DNA from: Octopus sinensis
Lineage: Eukaryota
NCBI RefSeq assembly: GCF_006345805.1
Contig: NW_021824886.1
Coordinates: 1-17,405 of the forward strand
DNA: 17,405 nt
Reading direction: 5' to 3'
Part shown: piece by piece, positions 1 to 9,767 of the stretch
Layout: each line of letters starts with the position of its first letter
How positions within the stretch are numbered: the first letter of the stretch is position 1
Position numbers and translations under genes: made by a program
The notes under the pieces: generated by a model
The model's database searches: none
Told to the model about the DNA's origin: nothing
The model's input: the letters and a program-made list of their open reading frames with translations, nothing else

Positions 1-97
1 CAAACATCTTGTTTTAATTTTTCGCCTACTAAACCTCATGATATTACTTATAATAAATCTTGATTTTTATCACTTCTGACATTGAGAATTTTTGGAA

Positions 98-325
98 GGC
101 GGCGAGCTGGCAGAAACGTTAGCACACGCCGAGCGAAATGCGTAGCCGTATTTCGTCTGGCCGTTACGTTTCTGAGTTCAAATTCCGCCGAGGTCGACTT
201 TACCTTTCATTCTTTCGGTCGATTAAATAAGTACCAGTTACGCACTAGGGTCGATATTCGACTTAATCTGTGTTTCTGTCCTTATTTGTCCTCTCTGTTT
301 TAGCCCCTGTGGGCATAAAGAAATA
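98..325 (+). mobile_element. tRNA-derived SINE, family A (full length)
   Basis: GGCGGCGAGCTGGCAGAA head, B box GAGTTCAAATTCC (174-186), central gactttacctttcattctttcggtcgattaaataagtaccag resembling a Deu/Nin-type SINE domain. Second copy at 8473-8649. Flanking direct repeat at 53-74 and 327-348. Confidence 0.85.
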
Positions 326-809
326 TATAAATCTTGATTTTTATGACTATACCAACTATGATGTCTGTCTTCTTTCTCTCCCTCAGCCCTCCCCTAACAG
401 ATACTGCCCTCTGTTCTTTCCTCCTTAGATATAAAGGGATCGATAAACTAGTCTATAAATTAAAACTGACCCCATAAAGACAAAAATCCGTGGCATGCAG
501 ATTCTTCTTTATAATTTTAGTACCTCTATGCTAATTAGAAACATGTTCTTTGTCTATCTCCTTGACTTCTTGGATATTTTAGGTATAATTATACTAATGT
601 GTCCATCTGTTCTTATTCATACGAAAACCGCCTGGAAACTAAGAATATCACTTGGATGTATTGAAACATTTAATCTAGTATTTAGCAGATGTGCCTTGTG
701 CAATTTGTTAATTATTTAACCTGTTTGAGCATCCTATTAATGAATAGCGCCCACACAAAGGAAACGGTTTTAAGGGAAGCGGGGACGTCCAAATAGACTT
801 TTCAGATAT

Positions 810-852
810 CTGTTTGTGTTTGTGATTGTGTGTGTGTGTTTATGTGTGTGTG

Positions 853-893
<41 letters not shown>

Positions 894-900
894 TGCGTGC
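810..900. repeat. (TG)n microsatellite
   Basis: Direct reading. Confidence 0.95.
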
Positions 901-970
901 GTATATTATAACTTGCTTTTGATTCCAATAAACATTGTATATTGACTGATTTATTTATTTTTATTTTCAG

Positions 971-1024
971 AGTGAAGATACGAAAGTGCATAAAAGGAAG
1001 TTCCATTTCTTGCTCGTTGAACCG
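971..1024 (+). CDS. Internal 54-bp coding exon of an AMPA-type ionotropic glutamate receptor (GluA/GRIA-like), amino-terminal domain; SEDTKVHKRKFHFLLVEP
   Basis: Acceptor tttattttcAG (969-970), donor GTaaat (1025), phase 0-0, no stops. Aligns to the 18-aa vertebrate GluA2 exon VITIGKHVKGYHYIIANL (H..xFHFLL vs H..xYHYII) and joins the next exon in frame. Confidence 0.85.
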
Positions 1025-1045
1025 GTAAATATAGATTTATATTAG

Positions 1046-1046
<1 letters not shown>

Positions 1047-1089
<43 letters not shown>

Positions 1090-1630
1090 TACACACACAT
1101 ACACACACACATGCATGCATACATACTTACATACATACATACATATATACATACATATATACATGCATACATACATGCATACATGCATACATATACATAT
1201 ATACATACATACATGCATGCATACATACATCATACATACATACATACATACACACATACACACATAACATACATACATACATGCATCATACATACATACA
1301 TACATACATACTACATGCATACATACTACATACACACATACATACATACCTACATACATACATCATCCTACATACATACATACATGCATACATACATACA
1401 TACACACACACATACATACATACATGCATGCATACATACATACATACATACATACACACATACACACATACACACATACATACATACATACATGCATGCA
1501 TACATACATACATACATGCATACATACATACATACACACATACATACATACATACATGCATGCATACATGCATGTATATATGCATAAAGACATGTATGTA
1601 CTTATATACATACAAATTTACACACATACA
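1047..1630. repeat. (CA)n/(CATA)n compound microsatellite
   Basis: Direct reading. Confidence 0.95.
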
Positions 1631-1912
1631 CGTATATATTGTATGTTTGCATGCGTATGTATGCGTTCAAGTATAATATGCCACATGCGTGCGCATGCCC
1701 ATATACACTTACGCGCGCGCGCGCACGCACATATAAACATATGACCCCTATTAACTCGCTGACTGAGCCCATAAACCATTCGTTGCTTAAGGGAATTTCA
1801 TATATTGTCTTTCGCGTGTTTCAGCCTTGTGGAGACAATTTCGTCTCCGAACTATAATTCAAATACATTTGCCGTCTTAAGCATAATGAACAGTGCATGA
1901 AAAAAAAATTAT

Positions 1913-1920
1913 ATTATACA

Positions 1921-1955
<35 letters not shown>

Positions 1956-2284
1956 AGTATAATAATAATAATAATAATAATAATACATAATAATAATAAT
2001 AAAATGATAATGATAATGAATATGATAATAATACTAAATAATAATAATAATAATAAGAATATAAATAATAATGATAATAATAATAATAATAATAATAAAT
2101 AATAATAATGATAATGATAATAGTAATAATAATAATAATAATAATAAATAATAATATAATATATGATATGATAATGATAATAATACTAAATAATAATAAT
2201 TAATAATAATATAATAATATGAGATGATAATAAATAATAATAAAATAATAATAATAATAATATAATGATAATGATAATAGTAAC

Positions 2285-2322
<38 letters not shown>

Positions 2323-2484
2323 TAATGATAATTATAATGATAATATACTAAATAATATAATAATAATAATAATGAGATAATATAATAATAATAATATAAT
2401 AATGATAATAATAGTAATAATAATATGATAAGAATAATAATAATAATAATATAATAAAATAATAATAATAATAATAATAAAATA

Positions 2485-2517
<33 letters not shown>

Positions 2518-2580
2518 GAATAATAATAATGATGATGATGATGATGATGATGGATGATGATGATATGATGATGATAATTA
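1913..2580. repeat. (AAT)n/(GAT)n array with about 160-bp higher-order periodicity
   Basis: tgataatagt recurs near 1949, 2115 and 2272; actaaata recurs near 2033, 2185 and 2347. Confidence 0.9.
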
Positions 2581-2581
2581 A

Positions 2582-3508
2582 TTCTGGTTTATTGGCCACA
2601 AGGGCTAACAAAAATCAAAGAAACATGTAAGGACAAATACAGGACGAAAAGTAAAAAGGATTTTGTCCGAAAAGAAAGGTCCGTGTAAACATTTAAATAA
2701 CAACGAAATTATATATATAACAAGTAAAACTCCCAATAGTGGGAGGCGCTTCGAAAGGTTACTCGTGGAAAAACCCATAAAAACCACGGGAGCTTGGTCA
2801 AAAAGGGGTAGAGAGCCCCTTTGTCCGTTTATATTACCCTTTTTTTTTTACAGGTGTAACCTCAGAATTGGTCCGTTCATACTGGCCTATTTACCGACAT
2901 TCACCCACCTTTCAATAAATTTGCTACGAGACAGCACTTCCCTCTCTACGCTCATCTTCTCTTCAAGTGGAACTTGAAAAAGTTGATTAGGCCTTGGCCA
3001 AAGAGGGAAAAGTCTGACTGTAGCTCTTTCCAACGGGTCCACCATACCACCTCTTTCGCTATAGCCACTAGACAAGGGAAAATTGCCTTGCCCTCCCGGT
3101 TAAAGGAGGTCGACGGGGCAATCTTCACTATGGATTCAGCTGATAGCCGGATCCGTCCTATACGCGACAGTAGCTCTTCGACATAAACCCACAGGTCAGC
3201 AATACTCGGGCACTGGACGAGTGCGTGCAGAACGGTTTCGTCGTCCTGGGCGCACCTCGGGCAGGACCGGCTGACGGCACTTCCGTATCGGTAGAGTTTA
3301 TTTCGAACAGGCAGCGCCCCTCGGTAGCACTGCCAGGCGAGGGACCTTCGGAAATTATCCATGGGCCCCGGCCCGAAAGTTCTTCCGAGCAGACTGTTTA
3401 ACTCATTATCGTCGACGCCTAGAGTTTCCCCGAGAACGTCGTCGCACTTTTTCACTAACCCTCTGTAGAACGCTAGAGTGGAACTACGACCGATCGCATT
3501 GCCCGCTT
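2582..3508 (-). mobile_element. 3' fragment of a Tx1/L1-clade LINE (ORF2 C-terminal zinc knuckle, 3' UTR, simple-repeat tail)
   Basis: LAWQCYRGALPVRNKL...CPRCAQDDETVLHALVQC (Cx2C..H..C, zf-RVT-like). A frameshift near 2955 continues as KMSVEREVLSRSKFIERWVNV. The T-rich 3' UTR ends in AATAAA followed by (ATC)/(ATT)n. Confidence 0.85.
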
Positions 3509-3658
3509 GTGCGTGGCATGATGATCTATCAAGATTAACAGCGGTGGGGCCCAATTTGAATTTTCTTCAGGTTGAGTAGCCCATCCCGCTCAAAAGGTCC
3601 TTAAATAAGGGTTGTTTGAGGATGTTGAACGAAACACCCATGTTTCCAAAGGGGAATT
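3509..3658 (-). repeat. Unclassified interspersed repeat fragment (inverted copy of about 6335-6500)
   Basis: Reverse complement shares cctttggaaacatgggt, aaacaacccttatt, ccttttgagcg, tgggccc and atcttgata with the 6335-6500 region. Confidence 0.8.
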
Positions 3659-3705
3659 ATCTACTCCCCTCCCACCAAATTTCACGCCGTGTGCCTATAG
3701 CAGAA

Positions 3706-3847
3706 ATTATTATTATTATTATTATTATTAGTAGTAGTAGTAGTAGTAGTATAGTAGTAGTAGTAGTAGTATTTGTTGTAGTAGTAGTAGTAGTAGTAGT
3801 AGTAGTTAGTGGTGGTGGTGATGGTGGTAGTGGTGTGTTGTGGTGGG

Positions 3848-3892
<45 letters not shown>
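3706..3892. repeat. (ATT)n/(AGT)n/(GGT)n compound microsatellite
   Basis: Direct reading. Confidence 0.95.
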
Positions 3893-4158
3893 AAGTGTTT
3901 CGCTTACGGCCGCTTACAGCATAACAAAGCGGACTGTTATGTGGTCGAATGATTAATGTTGTTGCGTTTGTCTGTGTCTTGTGTTGGATTCATGACAGGC
4001 GGATATTTCTTAATTTGATCGAAAATGTTGAGTTTCTGGAAACGCTGAAGAAGACAAATGAGTTTCGTGGAAATTTACAAATGCGAACAACGAATATATT
4101 ATTTAAACATTGTGGCACTTATGTTCGGTTAAATTCGGATGGATACAATGCAGGCCGC

Positions 4159-4520
<362 letters not shown>

Positions 4521-4952
4521 ACTCTATTTACTTTACTTGTTTCAGTCATTTGACTGCGGCCATGCTGGAGCACCGCCTTTAAGTCAGTCCAGCAAATCGA
4601 CCCCAGGACTTATTCTTTGTAAGCTAGTACTTATTCTATCGGTCACTTTTGCCGACCGCTAAGTTACTGGGACGTAAACACACCAGTATCGGTTGTCAGC
4701 GATTTTGAGGGGACAAACACAGACACACAACATATACACACACATACACACACACAACATATATATATATATATATATATTATATATACATATATACGAC
4801 GGGCTTCTTTCAGTTTCCGTCTACTAAATCCACTCACAAGGCTTTGGTCGGCCCGAGGCTATAGTAGAAGACATTGCCCAAAGTGCCACGCAGTGGGACT
4901 GAACCCGGAACCATGTGGCTGGTAAGCAAGCTACTTACCACACAGCCACTCC
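4521..4952 (-). mobile_element. tRNA-derived CORE-type SINE, family B, copy 1
   Basis: Reverse complement of 9768-10189 along its whole length; internal (CA)/(TA) tract at about 4716-4795. Confidence 0.9.
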
Positions 4953-5013
4953 ACACTAACACAAAGAAATAATCAAAAGGTTTCTGTGTGTATTTGTGTG
5001 TGTGTTGTGTGTG

Positions 5014-5055
<42 letters not shown>

Positions 5056-5186
5056 CACACATGTCAATGCGTGTATACTGTGAGCGCATATATATAGGCA
5101 ATTATGCGGATAAACAAATTAAACATATCAAATAAAACAGCTTGGGTATGAAATACAAAATATGTATATATTTATACATGTATGAT

Positions 5187-5287
5187 TTATGTATGTATGT
5201 ATGTATGTATGTATGTATGATTGTATGTAAGTATGATTGTATGTATGTATGAGTGTATGTATGATTGTATGTATGTATGATTGTATG

Positions 5288-5319
<32 letters not shown>

Positions 5320-5455
5320 ATTGTATGTAAGTATGATTGTATGTATGTATGTATGTGTGTATGTATGATTGTATGTATGTATGTATGTATGTATGATTGT
5401 ATGTATATATGTATGTATGTATGTATGATTGTATGTATGTATGTATGTATGTATA
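5187..5455. repeat. (TATG)n microsatellite punctuated by GATT
   Basis: Direct reading. Confidence 0.95.
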
Positions 5456-5831
5456 TGTGCAGATTTGTATGTTTTATTTTATGTATCCTCATGCATATAG
5501 TTGCATATCTAGACACGCTCATATATATTTAAATGATAAACTTCTGGAAAGTTTTACAGATTTTTACAGTTCCAGTGATGGATTGGATCTGTAGTCTTCG
5601 AATTAGCTTTCTCCTTTCTGGTTTTGAGAAGCCTAATTTCTCTTAGGCAGTGTGTTACATATCCCAGGGCCTCGATAATTACAGGTGTAAACCTGAACCT
5701 GTTATCTGGATCGAGTAACAGCTGATTTCTCATTAGTTCAGCATAGGTATTCTCTTTTTCACTGATCTTCAGCTTCATGATAACATCCGCTGGGCAGCTA
5801 ATTTCCACAACCGTACAGTTTCTCTTCTCTG
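5455..5831 (-). mobile_element. 3' fragment of a restriction-like-endonuclease LINE (R4/Dong-like)
   Basis: CTVVEISCPAD...KISEKENTYAEL...PVIIEALG, then after a frameshift EKLGFSKPERRKLIRRLQIQSITGTVKICKTFQKFII* (stop 5529-5531). A short 3' UTR runs into (CATA)n. Confidence 0.8.
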
Positions 5832-6159
5832 GCGAGGTAGTTTAATAGTTAGCACACTGGAAAAATTCTTTACTGCATTTCTTTTGGCTTTACATTTTGA
5901 GGTCATATGCCGCTAACATATGAGCACATTGCCCAACTGGGGCGCTAAGCGTCTGACGAACTTCTACGTGCCAGATGCAGTTCTTAACTCTGCAGTTCTG
6001 TCGCAGAGTTAAGCTGCTGATAAAATATCTTACAACCAGGGCCCATGCCTGCGTAACGTCCAGAATAATCTTCAGATAGTGCATCTCAGCGTGTTTCCGC
6101 ATCAACAGCCACGGCATACCGGACCCCTCTTTCAGAGGATGCTGATAAGATACGGAGTA

Positions 6160-6795
6160 ATAATATATATAAAAGATGGGCTACAGAAAATATTCTGTTC
6201 GTTACTGAAGATTTGCTTGTCAGTTGCTTGAACTTTACCACTCAATGACTGATAATATGTGCATCTCTGGTCACAAGCAGGAATAGTGGAGGAGTATCAT
6301 AGACATGTGTTGAGAGGAATTCTTTGGGGTTTGAATAATTAACCTTTGGAAACATGGGTATTTCGTTCATTATCCCTAAACAACCCTTATTCAGGGTCCT
6401 TTTGAGCGAGATGGGCACTCGACTCGCAAAAACTTCTAACTGGGCCCAACTTGCAAAGTCATGCACTGTCTATCTTGATATGAGATCACCGTGTTGCACA
6501 CATTGTGGTGATGCGTGTGTATGCAGCATCCTCATCAAACTGGTGGTTATGATGTAAATCTATATGTGTGCATGTGAATCTACTTGTACAAGTGTATATA
6601 TATATATATGCATGTATAGGTGTAAATGTTTATGCGTATCTATGTATAGGTGTGTGAATGTGTGTGTATGCTAGTGTGTGTTTTCCGCGCATTTTTCAAT
6701 CAATTTGTATAATACGATGCCTTTCGCACACAGGGGCTTCGTTTATTTGTACCTTAATGTCATTCGTTTTGATTGCATACACTGCTGTCTCACTC

Positions 6796-6849
<54 letters not shown>

Positions 6850-6850
6850 T
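6160..6850 (+). repeat. Unclassified interspersed repeat, probably a retroposon 3' end with an (AAT)n tail, interrupted by the 6553-6735 insertion
   Basis: The homologous copy at 3509-3658 shows it is repetitive; it ends ctcactc(aat)n. Outer boundaries are approximate. Confidence 0.5.
6553..6735 (+). repeat. Direct duplicate of 7654-7833 (intron 3' end including the splice acceptor)
   Basis: Both copies run tgtaaatctatatgtgt...ctacttgta...gtgaatgtgtgtgtatgctagt...caatcaatttgtataatac.atgcctttc.cacacaggg. Confidence 0.9.
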
Positions 6851-6948
6851 AACAACAACAACAACAACAACAACACAACGACGACGACGACGATGATGAT
6901 GATGATGGTATTTTAAAAAGGATTGACGTAATTCTTCACAAAGATAAT

Positions 6949-7134
6949 CAGTCAAGACGAAGCGCGCGATTCGTTTGTAAGATATTTTATTCGTTGAACG
7001 ATATTACTTGACAAAGACAGTAAGTCTGTCTTTTGTCAAGTTCTGAACTTGACAAAGACACAGACTTACTGTTGAAATATCGTTCAACCAATAAAATATC
7101 TATTACAATCGAATCACGCTCTTCGTCTTGACTG
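6949..7134. repeat. 186-bp near-perfect palindrome (foldback, MITE-like)
   Basis: cagtcaagacgaag...ttgtcaagttc-T(7044)-gaacttgacaa...cttcgtcttgactg; the arms pair over almost their full length. Confidence 0.9.
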
Positions 7135-7135
7135 C

Positions 7136-7196
<61 letters not shown>

Positions 7197-7248
7197 GAAA
7201 CGGAAGAAAATTTGAAGAAAGAAGGAAAAATAAATAATAATAATAATA

Positions 7249-7280
<32 letters not shown>

Positions 7281-7369
7281 TAATAATAATAATAATAAAA
7301 AGAAACGGAAGAAAATTTGAAGAAAGAAGGGAAAAAAATAATAATAATAATTATAATAATAATAATAAT

Positions 7370-7425
<56 letters not shown>
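7136..7425. repeat. (AAT)n array containing a duplicated purine-rich unit of about 37 bp
   Basis: aaagaaacggaagaaaatttgaagaaagaagg occurs at about 7194 and 7299. Confidence 0.9.
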
Positions 7426-7426
<1 letters not shown>

Positions 7427-7831
7427 CCACCTTCAAAACTGACCAAGACTGCACACCTTGACGCTGGGTACTGTGAACTAGGAGCTAGGTAAAGATAGCG
7501 CACGCAAAAGCCCAGGACTGAATGAAGCAGGTTTCAAACACATTTCAGCCATGGAAGAGACGATCCAGAAAGCGTCTTAACGAAAGAAACGCTTCTGTGA
7601 GAATCAGAGAGAAATAAACCCGCGCTCACGCATTTATATAGTCTGTACTCTCTTGTAAATCTATATGTGTACGAGTCTACTTGTATAAGTGTATGTGTAT
7701 GCATGTATAGATATAAATGTATATGTGTACCTATGTATAGGTATGCGTTTGTGAATGTGTGTGTATGCTAGTATGTGTTTTTCCGCACATTTTCCAATCA
7801 ATTTGTATAATACTATGCCTTTCTCACACAG

Positions 7832-7993
7832 GGTATCCAAGAGTTAAATTTAAAAGAAATGCCAAACTACGGCTGTAATGTGAGCGGCTTTCAATTAGTC
7901 GACTTCAATAATATGACAGTCAAAGTTTTTCTATCATCTTGGTTAACAATAGACCCAACAGAATGGCCAGGGGCCGGTGTTAACACCATAACG
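7832..7993 (+). CDS. Internal 162-bp coding exon of the AMPA-type glutamate receptor; GIQELNLKEMPNYGCNVSGFQLVDFNNMTVKVFLSSWLTIDPTEWPGAGVNTIT
   Basis: Acceptor tttctcacacAG (7830-7831), donor GTgagt (7994), phase 0-0. NVSGFQLVD...F...W.T....EWPGA...I matches GluA2 NVSGFQIVD...[22 protein letters not shown]. Confidence 0.95.
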
Positions 7994-8199
7994 GTGAGTT
8001 TCAATTTCTTTCTTTGAATACTTATAATTTCTTTACGTATTGTGTTTGTTTTCGATATCGTACATATTTATTTTTTAATACGCCTCAACAGATTTCAATG
8101 TGAATATATTAATCGGTGTTGTATTTCGCCTTCGGGTAATATCTTCCTCTCTCAGACGATGTATGTCGACAACACACTCGATTCATGAACGAAGGGAAA

Positions 8200-8246
8200 C
8201 TTTGAGACACTGGTGTTTCGACGTAGTTGTATCACTTCAGTCAAAG
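8200..8246 (-). ncRNA. Type-I hammerhead ribozyme motif (A9>U variant)
   Basis: Minus strand: CUUUGA-CUGAAGU-GAU(acaacuac)GUC-GAAA-CAC(ca)GUG-UC-UCAAAG; 6-bp stem I, GUC cleavage triplet. Confidence 0.65.
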
Positions 8247-8301
8247 CACTCTCTCCGATTAATGGACCTAAACAGGAGCTGTGGCTCTTGTAATATCTTC
8301 T

Positions 8302-8472
8302 TTAAAAGCCATATCCAGAATGTAGGACATATGGCATGTTCTGCCACAATTCTCTGTTTTTTGTTTCCTGTAACAGCTCCACATCCTGATGATGTTTAAT
8401 GCTTCTTTCTTCGAACCAATTCGTCGAGCTTGACATCCACATCATCCTTCGCTTTCCTTTGCTTCTTTTCCC
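8302..8472 (-). mobile_element. 3' terminal fragment of an RTE-clade LINE ORF
   Basis: Open frame GKRSKGKRRMMWMSSSTNWF...ELLQETKNRELWQNMPYVLHSGYGF*, resembling the RTE C-terminal GKR.RGR.R..W...DR..W pattern. Confidence 0.7.
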
Positions 8473-8649
8473 TCATCTGCAGCTTCGTTCTGAGTTCAAA
8501 TTCCACCAAGGTCGACTTTGCCTTTCATCCTATCGGGTTCGATTAAATAAGTACCAGTTACGCACTGGGGTCGATATAATCGACTTTATACCTTTGTCTT
8601 TCCTTGTTTGTTCCCTCTATGTTTAGCCCCCTGTGGGCAATAAAGAAAT
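8473..8649 (+). mobile_element. tRNA-derived SINE, family A (5'-truncated)
   Basis: Colinear with about 153-325 (gagttcaaattcc...gtcgacttt...gattaaataagtaccagttacgcact...tttagcccc...taaagaaat). Confidence 0.85.
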
Positions 8650-8684
8650 GTATATTTATTCCCTGATTGATATATATGTATATG

Positions 8685-8737
<53 letters not shown>

Positions 8738-8738
<1 letters not shown>

Positions 8739-8973
8739 TTAGGGAATAAATCCAAATTTACAGGGAAAAAATCAGATTTAGGATTAAATCCAATTTTATA
8801 GTAAAATATTATAAAATATTATTAGAGACAAAACCACTATTTTGCAAAACAAACAAGGAAAGACTTAATCAATACATAAAATTTTAATAAATAGTCAAAA
8901 AAACCGCCACTACAATTATTTCTTGTCTTGATCGACAATCTTCAGGTGGACTTCCAATAAGTCAGTTTCAAAT
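8738..8973 (-). mobile_element. Short non-coding hammerhead-bearing element between (TA)n tracts (Penelope-like pLTR remnant or retrozyme-like)
   Basis: Sharp boundaries with (TA)n on both sides; contains the 8907-8949 hammerhead; no ORF. Confidence 0.6.
8907..8949 (-). ncRNA. Minimal type-I hammerhead ribozyme motif
   Basis: Minus strand: CCAC-CUGAAGA-UUGUC(gaucaa)GACAA-GAAA-UAAUUG-UA-GUGG; complete core, 5-bp stem II, near-palindromic stem III. Confidence 0.8.
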
Positions 8974-9005
<32 letters not shown>

Positions 9006-9198
9006 CATACATATATTCTCGTTCAAATCTATTGAAATGTATTAAGAATGCCCATGTACATTATCATTCCGATTCTCGCTGTTCTTCTACACGCTAATTA
9101 TTATCAATTATTATTTTCTTTTATTCAAAGCTTGATTCATGCGTAGAATATAAGTTGGTCACAACCACAGCTTTAGTATCTGTGCCTTCATGTCCAGT

Positions 9199-9623
9199 TA
9201 CTCTTTAATCTTTTACTTGTTTCATGCCATTTGACTGTGGCCATGCTGGAGCACCGCCTTTAGTCGAGCAAATCGACCCCAGGACTTATTCTTTGTAAGC
9301 CTAGTACTTATTCTATCGGTCTCTTTTGCCGAACTACTAAGTTACAGGGACGTAAACACACCTGCATCGGTTGTCAAGCGATGTTGGGGGGACAAGCACA
9401 GGCACACAAACATACACACACACACATACATATACATACATACATACATACATACATACATACATACATACATACGACGGGCTTTTTTCAGTTTCCGTCT
9501 ACCAAATCTACTCACAAGGCTTTGGTCGGCCCGAGGCTATAATAAAAGACACTAGCCCAAAGTGCCACGCAGTGGGGCTGAAAACAAAACTGTGTGGTTG
9601 GTAAGCAAGCTACTCACCACACA
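9199..9623 (-). mobile_element. tRNA-derived CORE-type SINE, family B, copy 2
   Basis: Colinear with 4521-4952; internal (CATA)n tract; lacks the extreme 5' end of the head. Confidence 0.9.
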
Positions 9624-9767
9624 TATTTTTTTTTCCTTCACAAACGTTGCTAATTGTCTAAAATCAACAGATTTAGTTATTCGTTTACATTAATTAAAGC
9701 TGATCAGTTAACAGTAATTTCTGATCAAAGATTAAGCAATAAACTCTATCAACCTTAATTATGTATA

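Noticed and set aside
98-190. tRNA genes at SINE heads (also 9768 and 10245)
   Set aside because: A and B boxes are present but there is no complete cloverleaf, and each continues into a SINE body.
962-1031. Hammerhead-like string (gtgaaga...gaaccggta)
   Set aside because: Core incomplete and no stem I; better explained as the 54-bp coding exon.
951-1744. Overlapping HTYI/MYVC ORFs (also at about 4110-4499, 5187-5594, 13259-13667 and 16290-17115)
   Set aside because: Stop-free frames produced by microsatellites.
3509-3554. N-terminus of the 200-aa minus-strand ORF as a real start
   Set aside because: Derived from an adjacent unrelated repeat; the ORF is a chance fusion to a truncated LINE.
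4047-4075. CTGAAGA followed by a weak hairpin (similar lone cores near 3564, 5953, 6205 and 8386)
   Set aside because: No correctly placed GAAA, stem III or stem I.
7472-7830. Apparent solo LTR (TGTG...CACA with GGGTAC/GGGTAT flanks)
   Set aside because: The right end and supposed TSD are the splice acceptor and first codons of the conserved 162-bp exon, so the match is most likely coincidental.
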